Shown: positions 49,025 to 62,324, numbered from the whole stretch's first letter. The stretch: 63,823 nucleotides of DNA, filler included, from Hausera hauseri (GCA_046269625.1; 13 parts of 13 records of this genome joined end to end with filler, not necessarily neighbours in it); one strand, 5' to 3'. Made by a program: numbers and translations. Notes: generated from the letters alone by a model not told the origin.

Positions 49025-52000
49025 TGGTTTTCCTTCTCCTTCTTCTTGTATTTGTTGTTTTCTTATTCAATCCGTCAGTTAAATTACAACTTCAGGTAAG
49101 GTTTCTAAAGTCATTTTTGGTACTGTTTGTTGAATTTGTGCCGCTATATTTTTATCAAATATTGACAACAATCCTCCGAATTTATAAACTTCAAGATCTA
49201 TTAAATCAATTATAATTGGAATAATTTCCTTAATTTCTGATTTACTTTCCATTGTGGTAACAAGGTAAACTAAAGTTTTTTCGACACGTCTCTTTGAGGG
49301 TGTTTGCAATAACTTTTTATTTATTTGTTCGCGAAAATGTTTAAGGACTTGGTCCTTTTGGTATTGCAATGCTAATTCCTTTACGGCTTTTATCCAATTT
49401 GGTGTTTCATTATTGATAGTGATTACACCAGTAATGATATCATACAACTACTTTACCATGTCACGAATTATCTTGTAATTCTTATTGGTTTTTATGACTT
49501 CAGTTGTAGTCATTTTTTGAACAAAAGAATTTATTATAAAATCTTCATTCGTCTGTTTGGTTTTAAGCTTTTTCTGTTGAGCTTGTAATAGCTGCTGAGG
49601 TATATCCTGATGTATTTCCTTATCATATTCAGCTATGGATGTTATCTGTTGAGTCTGGATATTACGGTTAAGTTTATTTATATATAACTTTTTGTCATTT
49701 ATTCCAAGGATTTCTTCATCTATTTTGATTTCTTGTCCATCAGAGACTCTTCTTATGATATCTTCTTTGAGTAATTGTTTAGTTTCTATTACATGAATCT
49801 CATTATTTTCTCCTGGCATAATACCTACTTCTGTTAGGTAAGAAGCATTATCTAATATTCGATTTGCGAAAATAATCCACATATAATTTATGTTTATTTT
49901 AGTCTTTTCTGCTATAACCTGTTTTGTAACCAGGACATTATCATGAGTTGTCATTATTATTTTCAATTCTTTTGTCCTTAAAGTTATCACCTTTAATGGA
50001 AGCACTAGCGGAGGGTTTTGTCTAAATGTACTTCCATATTGTTTCAACAACATTCTTGGCAATGCATTATATCTATTATTATCTGCTGCCAATATGATTA
50101 ATTCAGGTATTTTATCTTTTAATTCTTGTAATTCGAATTTTGGTTCAGAGATTTGAGAGGCGTTCATCCAAAACTTCAGGCCAAACCTGAGTTAAGGAGA
50201 TATTGGATTTCAGTGTCTCGGTTGAGTACTGAGGTTGATATATCGAATCTTGATTTGATTGTGTTATCACTTCTTCATACTGTTGTAGGGTTTGTTCTAC
50301 ATCTTCTTCAGTTAGATTTAGTTCATCTAGAGTTTTTGGCTCCTCTGAGTCGTCTAATTCTTCTACTGGTATGTTATCAATATCTTGATTTTGATTACTT
50401 GTTGCATCTTTATACCATTCAGCTACTTTTTGGATTTTCTTTTTACCTAATTCTGTAAAGAATGGTTTAAGCGTTGATAGCATTTTGAGATGTTTCTTGG
50501 CTATAGGTTTATCAGCTAGTTTAATTTTTCTATCCTTAAGTTTTAACTTTAACTCTTCAATTTTATTCAAGATCTTAGGAGTATCATCCACTTTGTCAAT
50601 GAAACTTTCTATGGCATTTATTTTAGCCCGATCTATTTCTGAAAATGTGCTTTTGAATTTGTTTAGTTTTAACATTTGTTTATTTAATTTTTCCTGTGAC
50701 AGATTAGGCAGATTAAGTTGACTCAATCTTTCAATTCTAAGTTTTAATTCATTAACCTTTTGTATGGTTGGTTTAGTATATTTATCAATTTCTTGTCGGA
50801 TTTCAAGGATGCATTTTTCATTATCCTTTTGAAAAGGGTATTCTGACGCCAAAGCTATTTCATTTTTCTATGAACCCACTTCAATTTTTCTTGTCTGGAA
50901 AGCTTCATTTGATTTATTCGATCCATATCAAAGTATATTTCGTCTATGAATTGTAATTTTTTTTGGGAGTCAGCTATTTTGTGTTGTAAGTCTCGGATAC
51001 TACTCTGAACATTTTGTCTTTCACGATAATTTAATTTTTTAAGGAATAATTGATTTTCCAATCCTTGGTTAATTTCTTCAAGTTGAGTTAGGGTGGAAAT
51101 CTTTTCCATATCAATATCTGTAGCTTTCTTTAGCAATTGTGACAATATATCTTGTGCTTGAGGCGAATTCTCAGTTAAATCTATTGCTTTTACTGATGGA
51201 GTCTAGCCTGAATTTTGTGAACTTGAGGTATCTCCTTTTCTACCTAAAACTTCATCTATTACTTCGTCAATTTCGTTACATTCCTTATTATAACGATTTC
51301 CGTGTATTTTTTTAATGTCTGTAAAAGATCATCAAATACTTTAGATTGTTTCAATTTCTTTGGTCCATTCATATACTTTGACAAAATTACTAATTGCATT
51401 TCCGGCAAATCTTTTGCGTACTCTGGTATTTCCCCACTTAATATATTTTTGACATCTTGTATTATTTTCTTAGTAACATATTTTTCTTCGTTATTATCTT
51501 CGACTATCATTTCTATTGGTTTAGCATATGTTTTTTGCTTTGATTTCTTAGTTACCTTTGGAACTACTTGAGTAAGAAATTCCTCAGTTTCATGTACCTC
51601 TTGTATCGGTATCCATCGAGGAATGTTTAATGGAAGTTTAATTTCTTCTTCAATTTCTAACTTATTTGAAACTTTATCAACTCCATCTGCAATTGTCAGA
51701 GGTTTCTCGGAGCTATCACTTGAATAATTATCTAAATCCGGATTACCTTCTTTTTGCTCTTGTTCACTTTCTTTCTCATCTTTTTCTAATGCGGCTAATG
51801 AATTTTCATTTATTTCCTCATCAGAGGCTGGTTGTACAGGTGCATTTTGTTGCATTTGTGAGGTTTTGACTTCGGATCCCACAGGCATAGCCTTTAATAA
51901 ATAGTCTTCGGCTGGTGTCAAAGTTTCACCTTTAAATAGTTTATCGTAAGCCCTTTTTCTTCTTGTAAGGATTATACTGTTGGTGACGAATTCATCTGTA

Positions 52001-52321
52001 TAATCTTTTTCCTCAATCATTGACGTCATGGGATTTTTATACTTTCCTGCTTGGTATCGTTTAAGCATGTCATCAATGTCAGTACTTTCTTTAGCTGCTT
52101 GAGCAAGAAACTGTTCTTTTATTTGCGGCGGCAATCGATCTAATTTAATTTTTACATCATCTAATGTTTCATGTAATGATGATAAATTCAACACTTTTTC
52201 TTGTTTTACTGTTGGTAACTGTTCAACAGGGGTCATACAATTGACCGAAGTATGACCATCTTGACCGCATCTTTTACATATTACTGGGGTTCCATTTTTA
52301 TTTAAATCTAATATACCCCTT
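49025..52321 (-). pseudogene. Large disrupted polyprotein region: CCHC knuckle, acidic and coiled-coil segments, ubiquitin-like domain
   Basis: Abutting minus-strand ORFs with uniform composition; CKRCGQDGHTSVNC at 52237-52278; Ubl at about 49784-50002; same frame as the glycoprotein from 50167 onward. Confidence 0.72.
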
Positions 52322-52959
52322 NNNNNNNNNNNNNNNNNNNNNNNNNNNNNNNNNNNNNNNNNNNNTTAATTAATTAANNNNNNNNNNNNNNNNNNNNNNN
52401 NNNNNNNNNNNNNNNNNNNNNTGTCATTCAGAACTATGATAGTCCTTATCAGGAAAGTGCTGTCTTTTCTTCATCGAGAAGTGGTCCCGGTTTTAATGAT
52501 TTCGGTCGAAATGTAAGCATCTATAGATCATCATTACCATCACAACCACCCTTACAAAGGGATTATAATTCTCCTGACGATAATGAAATGTTAGAGGACA
52601 TTTTACGCAAACTAAATGCGCAACCAAGGAATTGACTGGTTGATAGACCGCGCGTACCCGCTCCCACTGCACTACATCCCCTGTTCCTCTCTGTCCTTTT
52701 TAATAATAAGCACATCTATACATTGAGTGGCACACATAAACATTCTGTACACACGCTATATTCTTCATTATTTTCTTGCTTCGGCACCTCCGACTTCTAC
52801 ATCATGTATAATGGTTTGATTTTGTTCCCTTCCGACTTTCTGTCATCTTTTACATTCGGGTAACATTCGATCATTCTTACTCTCCATTTTTGTATCCGTG
52901 GCAAATCAGACCCTAATACTTCTGACGAAAATTCCACGAAAACTAGATCTGGTCGTCGC

Positions 52960-55900
52960 TCTACTGAATCTATACCATCTGCTTCTCCTAACCTTTCTTG
53001 TAGAGAGTTTTGCCTTTATAAAACTAAGTCAAGTCGCACCGGGCTATAATTTCATTTACAATGGCTTAGAGCCAATAACATTACTGATTTTTTCTTGTGT
53101 GCTAACAGCTTGTTACTTCTTCTACTATCAAATATCAAGCAGAAAATCAACAATCTTGCTAATATTCTTACTTCTTCATCACTGTATGACATGCTTTACC
53201 AGTCTGTGCTCCATATTACAAATCCATCGATCAATAGTATAATACAAAAATACTTTAATTAGCTTGCTAGAGGCAATAGAAAGCCTTCTGACTTTCTGCA
53301 GACCTCTATTTCACAACAAAGTGCTCTTGGAGTCACTCCCACCAACAATTCAGACCTGCTTCGTCATTATTTCCTCTCCTCTTTACCCACTCCAATTAGG
53401 GCACTACTTACTCTCGTCGACGACTCAGTGGCCATTGAAAAACTTGCCTTATTGGCTGATAAGAGTTTTGAAATTCTTCAATCGAATAATACATCTCCTA
53501 TAGCTGTAGCAACCACTTATACGCCACCACACACATATACCATTTTATTTTCGCAACAACTGCAAATGATTCAGAAACAATTCGACACACTGCAACAATC
53601 CATTTGTGCGATTGCGGCCCATTTTAGTAATTTAGCTGTGCCTCGACGAGGTGACATCCATGTTTCGCGCGATCGTAACCTTTCCAGGCATTCATTTCGA
53701 TCCAAATCTCGAGATGGACGAATGATTTACATTTATCATAATAAATTCCATAGCGACGCAAAGAAGTGTCTTCTAGGCTATAGAGTTTACGACAAACGTT
53801 ATGCAGTAGACAACCCTATCTGCATTTACCACACAAAATATCAATCTCAGGCTAGATTGTGTATTCCAGGATGCAAACATTATAAAAAAATTTTCACTTT
53901 TTCTCCATCTTCTCCTCGCTCTTCTTTTCATTCCTCTTCTTTTCACAACAATTCTCAAAAAACTAACAACGCCGCCAGATGCCACGGAACATTCTGGTAT
54001 AGGCAATATCGCTCAATCTTCTGGCCGTCTTAACACCGTCTCTGCAGTTTTTGTGTTAAAAGCTGCATTGTTCTCTAGCAATGTTTCACATTTCGACTTC
54101 CTTAGCGATTCAGGAGCTGCCTTTTCGCTCCTTCCCTTGTCCTTCACTCCTACATCCACTATAATTTCCTCTCACCGCTTTTCACTGCGAGTGGTCAACA
54201 GTTGCACATTGCAGGTACCATGAAACTTATTTTCACATTCGCCAACTTGCCATATAAGCATGTTTGGAAATTCCACGTGGCCAATCCCCAATAATCGGCT
54301 CAGATTTTCTGGTCGCACATGATCTGCTAGTTGACTGCAAGTATGGCTGTCTGCTACACAGAGACTCCGTCGTGGATGCTAACAAATATCTACCAAAGAG
54401 CCCAGTAGGAACACAGCCGTTTTCAACTGTTAACTCACATGTGAATTTCACAACTTTTTAGTTGGCTGATAACGATACATTTAGTAATTTATCCATTTCT
54501 CAATTACATCTAACGTATCTAAGTCGGTTTTAGAACAACAGAGTAAAAGAAATGCTGATGGTGGCCGTTGAAGTCGTTCTTCGCCAATACCATCCACTGT
54601 CGCTTCTGATGATATGCCTCCATCATTCTTATCGCTGGAATCCAATCTTAAAACCTACATCACAACTCCTTGCTTCCGCACTCTCAAAAAAGACGTTAAC
54701 TTCAAGCCGCCTTCTACAACTTATTACCACATAGTCACCGAACGCCAAAGACCTATGAGACTAAAGGTCAAAGCACTGTCACCTCGTAGACAAAAAGCCG
54801 TTGAAATAGAGTTCAGTGAACTCGAAAAGTTAGGTATTATTCGAAGATCAAAATTACCATGGGCTTCACCATTACATGTAGTAACAAAGATAGATGGCAC
54901 TTAAAGACCATGTGGTGACTGCCGGCAGTTAAACAACCTAACAGTTCTAGGTCATACCCTTACCTCTTATAAAGGACATCCTGCACAGTCTAACCAATAC
55001 TAATGCGTATTCCACAATTCATTTGCATAAAGCGTATCATCAAATTTCGGTTCACCTGATGACATTCCAAAAACTGCTGTTATTACTCCATTTGGCCTCT
55101 ATTAGTATATATTTATGCCATTTGGCTACGTAGAGCTTCCAAAACCTTTCAACGACACAATGATACCGTTCTATCAGGCCTTGACTTTGCTCATCCTTAC
55201 ATTGATGTCATATTAGTTGCCTCCACCTCTATTAAACCTCATCAAGAACATCTCCGTATTATCTTTCACAGACTACATCACAGTAATTTACAAGTCAATT
55301 TCTTCAAGTGTCATTTCTTTCAAAAACGTGTTAATTTCCTAGGCCACATCATCACTCCTAAAGACCATTCTCCACAGCCGGATCGACTATAACAATTGAA
55401 AAACATAATGCTACCAGCGACTACTACGGATATCAGGAGTTTCTTAGGCACACTCCACTTCATCCACAAATACGCACCGAATTGTTCTGAGATTACAGGA
55501 CCGTTCGCACATCTATCATCCGGGAAAAGAGGCAGATAACCCACTGGACTCCGGATTTAGTCACCAAATTCGATTACTTACGTGAAGGCCTATAAACCTT
55601 CGAAATACTGGACTATCCAAAGCCCAAATCAGATCTTATACTTACTACCGATGCCTCTACCACAGCTACCGGTGCATTACTACACCACATTTCTAACGGC
55701 GTCGATGTATCATTAGAATTTTACTCCCGAATACTCGCATACCGCAAAAGCCGTTATTCATCATTTGACCGTGAGTTACTCGCCATAGTTCTGGCAGTAA
55801 AGCATTTCAAACTCTTACTTCTCTCTCGTCTATTCGTTATTCACACTGACCACAAGCATCTCCTGCATATCATGTCGTTAAAACAGCCATCACCGAGGCA

Positions 55901-57798
55901 AGAACGACATATATCATACCTGTTTACATTCAGTTTTGTTTTAGAATAGATTTCAGACACAGATAATTTGGTAGAAGATTTTCTGTCGAGGTCGGTTGGC
56001 GCCATTACAGTTGAGCTGATTTTCTCATACGAAGTCTTAAAGGCCAATCAACCGTCTGCTGACTTCCTTAGCTCTTTCAAATCCTTCGAAATCATTGATA
56101 GCATTGCTTTTGATAAGTCGTATTTCGGTAACAAAAAGATCATTCTACCGCCACCTTTACAACAGCCAGCCTTCCTTCATGCACATTCACCCCATCATCT
56201 GGGTTTCAAAGCAGCCTTTTGTCTGCTTCAACGTCATGTAGTTTGGCCATCAATGCGCAAAGATGTACAGGACTGGGTTAAGGAATGCGTAGCGTGTCAA
56301 AAATACAAAATCAACAAACACCTTAAACCGCCGGTTTATTATTTCTCTTGTACATCACATTTTCACACAGTTCATCTTGATCTCGTTGGTCCTTTACCTT
56401 CTGACAACGAATATCAATATATCCTTACTATGATGGATAGTGCTTCGCGCTGGCCTGAAGCCGTTTCTCTTCGTTCAACGAACACTGACTCAGTAGCCTA
56501 CGTCGTCATAAAAATTTGAATCAAAGTCTACAATTTGAGTCGGAACTCTTTAAATCACTTCTTAAACGCTTGGAGATATCTTATGTTCATACAACACCAT
56601 ATCATCCTCAAGCGAATGACCTCCTTGAAAGGTTCCATCGAACAATGAAAATGTCTTTAAAAATCTTGGTTGACAATCATCGTAATTGGACGTAAATTCT
56701 ACTATTTGTCCTACTGGGGTGGCGCAACACACCCTCCACCACCACGGGTTGTGCTGCAGCCGAGGCACTCTTTGCAACTCCAATACGGGCTTTATTTGAA
56801 TTTTTAGACCATGACGACAATTCCACAAACGAAAACATTCGTGCAGCACAATCTCACTTCGTCGAGGTCAAATCAGACTCGTTCTGCCGACTCTTTAACA
56901 TTAACAAATCGTACATTCCAAAGAATTTGTACTCCTCCAAGTTTGTTTGACTAAAAGATCAATCGCCTTCGGGTTTTAGACCTCAATATGTTAATCCATA
57001 CAAACTCTTTAATCTCTCATCTCACACAGATACCATCTTACGCCAAGACAATCCTTGCAACGTCCACATTTCGAATCTGAAGCCCGCTTCCTTTATTAAT
57101 GACAACCCGGATGCCAATTCTACCTCCGATTCAAACTCAACTCTTACTCCTTCCATTGCGTCCTCTAATTTTCTTCATGACTTTGCGCCGTTGCAGCAAT
57201 CACCGTTCTGTCACACTCAATCACCATCATTTCTTCCGTCCATTTCGTCTCCCTCTCTGTCATCATCTCAACTACTTTCTTCACCTCCATTACCTACATC
57301 TATTATTTCATTGCCTTCTGCTTCATCACCTTCAATTGCATCGATTTTTTTATTTTACTTATTTCCGTTACGACCTTCATCCTCTTCATCACATTCAACA
57401 CCGGACATTGAACCAGGCAATCTCACAAAACGTCTAGCACAAAATGTCGCTCAACAGCCAAGCACAAATCAATCAATTAAGGCATGCAGAGTGCCATTCA
57501 GCTTTTACAGCAACGAAAAATTCTTTGATGATACACTACGCCTGATACATACTAAAACCGAATAGGCACTAAACACTGTTCCTTTGTTGCGATTTATTGC
57601 TTTTATCTTTATTGTTTTTATCATTTTTCTTCTGCCACGAGGGTATTGTGGTGTCGCGGTCGCTGACACAGCTCGTGTCCTCACCAATTGGCCAGAAACC
57701 AAGACGATACCATTATTGCAGTCCTCGAAATGGTTTTCAGGCTTTTTAAAGCACTCTCTCTAATATATTACATTCCTCTCAGATATCCTCTCATTACA
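52960..57798 (+). mobile_element. Ty3/Gypsy element of CsRn1-like type, degraded gag-pol with candidate 3' LTR
   Basis: Gag CHCC motif CIYHTKYQSQARLCIPGC, protease FLSDSGA..S, PWASPLHVV, YIDVILV, LTTDAS, FDRELLA, HTDHK, integrase VHLDLVGPLP / RWPEAV. Candidate LTR TGTGGTG...CATTACA at 57647-57798. Confidence 0.92.
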
Positions 57799-57859
57799 GA
57801 AATGTCAAAGATGATTGTCCGAGATAGGTTTCAGTAACACTAACAAGTGACGGAAATTG

Positions 57860-58325
57860 CTTATTAGATTCAATTATCACAGATTTTGGTTTTGCAAAAA
57901 GGGTAAAGGGAAGAACCTGGACGTCATGTGGAACCCCTGAATATTTGGCTCCCGAAATTATTCTTAGTAAAGGCTATAATAAAGCAGTTGACTGGTGGGC
58001 TCTCGGAGTTCTCATCTACGAAATAGCTGCAGGTTACTCACCATTTTTTGTTGATCAACCCATTCAGATTTACAAAAATTGTGTCTAGAAAAAATCTCTT
58101 ACAAGTCGATTTAGCAAAGCGGTAATTTGAAAAATGGTGTCAACGATATGAAGAATCAAAAGTGGTTTTCGACAACCGAATGGTTCATAGTATATAGAGA
58201 AGAATTGGAGGCACCAATTTTGCCGAAGTGTAAAGGTCCAGGTGAGGCCAGTAATCTTGATGATTATAAAGAAACCCTAAAAAGGTACAAGTGAAAAGTG
58301 TGCAAAAGAATTTGCAGAATTTTAA
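57860..58325 (+). pseudogene. PRKACA: cAMP-dependent protein kinase catalytic subunit, C-terminal half, disrupted and intronless
   Basis: [48 protein letters not shown]...NLLQVDL...KGPG...EKCAKEFAEF*; frameshifts and an internal deletion. The symbol denotes the PKA-C family, not a specific paralog. Confidence 0.93.
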
Positions 58326-59410
58326 TCCTTGTGTTGCAGTACTTTCGCTTGGATTAGTACATGAGTTTGAGTTTTATTAAGACATGTTTAACGGTTTAAT
58401 GTTAGCACAATTATTTAGACTGTATATATTTTCTCTTCTCTTAATGTACCCGTGAAAAAATTCATTAATAATTATTGTTATTGATAAATGTGATGGTTGT
58501 ATTTGATATTTATTAATTTCTGTCTTATTCTGTAAATTTGTTAACTGATTTGTAACTGATTTCAACGTTTCATACCGACTTTAGATAGCTACCGGAAAAT
58601 CGTTAGATTTATTATGCATGATGTTAAAAAAATTTAAAATTCAAATAAAGAAATCGATTGTTGTAAAACGTTATTATTATCCGCAATTTATGTTGGAAGA
58701 AAAATACTTTTGTGATGTTCAGAAAATCCTGAATAGGCTTTATCTAAATCTTCTTTGGATTTAAGTCCAAAGGTAAAATCTGAAGTGCGATCGAAATAAT
58801 ATTTCCTTGGTTCGAACTGTTTAATAATATGCTGAATAATTGCTTTGCAAAAATCCAGTTTAACAATAGAGGACGTAAATTGAAGTCAGTTGATTAATAT
58901 AACAGGCATTTTTATACAAAAATACAAAAATGCTAAACATCAATTAATGATGACAAAATTATGAAAACAAATATCAGCTAAATATAAAGTAATTTACTTA
59001 AATATGCTGAAAATTTGACAGTTTGATCCAGAGCAATTTTATAAAACTTCCAAATTTGTCAAATTAAGTAATAGTTTACAAACTTTTTGATCAAATTCAG
59101 GGAGCGAATTTGGTTTCTTGAACCTTTGCCAGGGACTCTGAATTTAGTTAATTTTGAAACTCTTCATGTGACCCAACGGTGATCATTTTTGATTTAAGTT
59201 AATTTTGTGCATTAAGTGATTTTTGGTGCATGTTTTTATACCTACCCTAAAGGTTTGGTGTTTTATGGCTACTTTGTTTAGTGACCAAAGGTTGGTGAAT
59301 GTTGTTTTACNNNNNNNNNNNNNNNNNNNNNNNNNNNNNNNNNNNNNNNNNNNNTTAATTAATTAANNNNNNNNNNNNNNNNNNNNNNNNNNNNNNNNNN
59401 NNNNNNNNNN

Positions 59411-62318
59411 TTGATATCTTTATCCACACATTTATGTTAATTTCAACAATTTTTCCGAACAGGAAATAAATTTTTTAGCATATACATTAGTACTGAAAAA
59501 TGTTTCAACCAAAAAATTTTTATAATTGCTACATGGGGTTGCCAAAAATAAGCAAACATACATAGATTTTTCTGTTGTAAACGCGAACTTGAATGTCAGT
59601 ATATTGCAGCGGCATAAAAATTAAATATTATAAATGATTTTAATTTCAGCTCATTCCATGTACAATGACTGACGGTTTCCTTGGTGTTGCTAAAATATTA
59701 CGGAAACAATTACATGCCTGTAGTGCGGAATTGGTTCTTTGATTCAGAGAGGGGCATTGTTTTTCTTGATTTAAGCTTAGCTCTGACGAAGCCATCTCGA
59801 ACTTCAGCACCGCAAACCTCCTCTGGCACCTCGGTCACCATCTTTACGCAGCGTTCCACTGCTTTAGTGTGACATGGAAATTCACAGAAATTCCAGTCAC
59901 GACGAATTTAATCAGCTTGATGAAGTAGACTTTCCAAGTATTTGGTGCTTGCGCTGACTAAGACAGGAGAAGGTTTAGTCACACAGGAACTCCAATCAAT
60001 TAGTTCAGTGTAGTCTGATGCCCGGAAGTTTAGGATCGGCAATTCAAAATTCCTGATTGAGCCTTGGTTGTTCATTCTGGTCTGCCTAGCCTGTAAAATC
60101 CTCCGGATTGCGAACTCACGAATGTGCGACCTCTTATCTGTCAGCATCGATAACAAGATGTTTTCTGGGTGAGCGTAGAACGAGTTTCGTGCTTTCACCG
60201 GGTCGATTATACTCAACAGATCCGGTCTCAGGTATCGCGAGCAATTAATTGTTTCCCAGATATGCCTTGCTCCTCTCTTGACCGAACTGTTCATCTTCAC
60301 CCTGAACCATCCAGGAACGTAGACACGTAAGGCGAACTCTGCAAGAATTTGTAGTTCGTGGGTTGAATTTTCGGTTGCTGAGTACGATCTCAGGAGACGA
60401 TTCGCAGCCGTCAGCCATCGGGAATTGGAGAGATTTCCAGGATCCTTCCGTAATATATTCGGAGAACAAATGCCAGACTGCACTGCTTGTGAGCTTTTAA
60501 GTAGATACTTTTGGTCCGTGCCCAAGTCTTCGATAGAGTTGATCGTAGAAAATTCGCATTCGATCTTCCGAAAAGCTGAAAGTGATAGATTCTGGCATGT
60601 ATGAAGCTGTTTTCCTATCGGTCCACTGTAGGTGCGAAGACCCGTTGTTAGTCCGTCGAGATGACTTAATAGATGGCGAATTGGTAGCTCGTTGAAATGA
60701 AGCAGGCATATGAACCATTGCAACGGCCTCTGCAGCTTATTTTCAAAATGACAAATTACACATCCCTTATTTCCCATGTTAACCACAGTTCCGTCGCAAC
60801 CGATTGCTACCATTTCCGCCAGGTCTTCTCCTGTTGATGAAAAGTAATCAATAATACTTTTAAAAATTTTAACCGCTGACCCAGATTTAGGACTAACGCG
60901 TCCGACATATGTCAATCCAGGTTCTTGTAAAAGCTAAGTGTTCTTCGACAATAGTTGAACGGTATAATTTATTTCCCTCTTTGATGTTTGTGCACGTTTT
61001 ATCTTTCCGGCTGTCGAAGTAAAGTCCAATGGTCCTACCGCCTTCTCCGCTGTGCTGAAAAGTTTGTCGGATTTTGAGCTTTTCCCGTCGAATTTTGTTT
61101 TTGTCGACCACGAGGGAACGATCGCTCTCGCTAACTAAGCCAATGTCTTCCAAAACGCTTGATACTATGGCTGCGGTTAATCGGTCGGACACCCCGAAAT
61201 GGTCACTGGCCGAGGCAGTTGCAGGGAGTCGCATTCGCATTTGAGACGTGGATTGTTCATCAGATGGACCTTCGAACATATCTGTCGGTTCTAAGTGTTC
61301 GGGTCGTGGTCGTTTATCCGGCTCATCAACCGTCACTGCCGATTCCGTATTTTCTATAACTTCGGCGGACTTACGAAGCAAATTGCGCTGCTGCCTTTCA
61401 CTTCTTTGAATAATTCTCACAGTTTCTGCAGAATCAATCGACTTAATACTACGTTTTCTCGTAGTCCTCTGGTCGGTTAAAAACTCTCTCTCTCTCTCGA
61501 GACGGTGCACTCGTTTCGATTTCTCGCACTGGCAAGAGTTGAAATTAGAGCACATGCAGGCAGCAATATCGAAAAGCTCGCTCTTAGCTATCCTCATAAA
61601 TTCCTCAACTCTATTTGTGTAATTCTGCTTCTTAGCGCGTTGGTACGATTTTATCAGGTTTTGGTAAATTTTGTAGCAGGATTTTATCTTCGTTACAACC
61701 CTAAAGTGAGATACTGCAGGAATTCACGTTTTTTCATATAACCGCAAAATTTTATGGGCTACAATGTTGTTGGCAGTATCAAAACTAGGGTTTGCCCTGT
61801 TACTCATTGACGAATGAAGATCATTCGGAGAACCAAAAATAGGACATCTAACTGTTATTCTTATAACTTTTGATACAACTGTCGAGGTAGTCATCATTAA
61901 AAATTACCGTCACTAAAGTGAAACTAAAAGTACAACTTTACAGTATTCAGTATAACTGAATTACCTAATAACTATTCAACGTATCTCAGAAAACGTGAAA
62001 ATGGATTTTTTAATTAATGTATATAAAAGCAAATGTTTATAAAGTTGACATACGAGGTTTGCAATTTCAGTGTTAATGTATATGCTAAAAGAATTAATTT
62101 TCTGCTCGGAAGAATTGTTGGAATTAATATGTGTGGATAAAAATATCAGCAATTTGTTGTTTTTTTGCGATTTTTGCCAACTTCAGGCCTCTTGCGGAAA
62201 CTGAAGATCTGAGCCTAGGAGCTCCAAAATTCTGGTGCTTTGTCCCCATACCCAGAGACAACTTTTCCGCACTATATGTTTTCCGGATTCGAAAATTTTT
62301 AAAATTCGGCCCACCCTA
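59411..62318 (-). mobile_element. hATm-type DNA transposon with frameshifted transposase (about 59715-61880) and one terminus
   Basis: GLYFDSRKD, AIGCDGTVVN, LQWFICLLHFNELP, SNSRWLT, YAHPEN and FPCHTKAVERCVK. Minus-strand terminus TAGGGTGGGCC at 62318 (alternatively CACAGTAGGG at 62323). Confidence 0.85.
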
Positions 62319-62324
62319 CTGTGG

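Noticed and set aside
52640-52725. 5' LTR of the CsRn1-like element
   Set aside because: TG...CA-like but no visible similarity to the 3' candidate LTR and no clear primer-binding site.
47168-57798. Glycoprotein as env of the neighbouring CsRn1-like Gypsy
   Set aside because: Separated by an artificial linker and on opposite strands.
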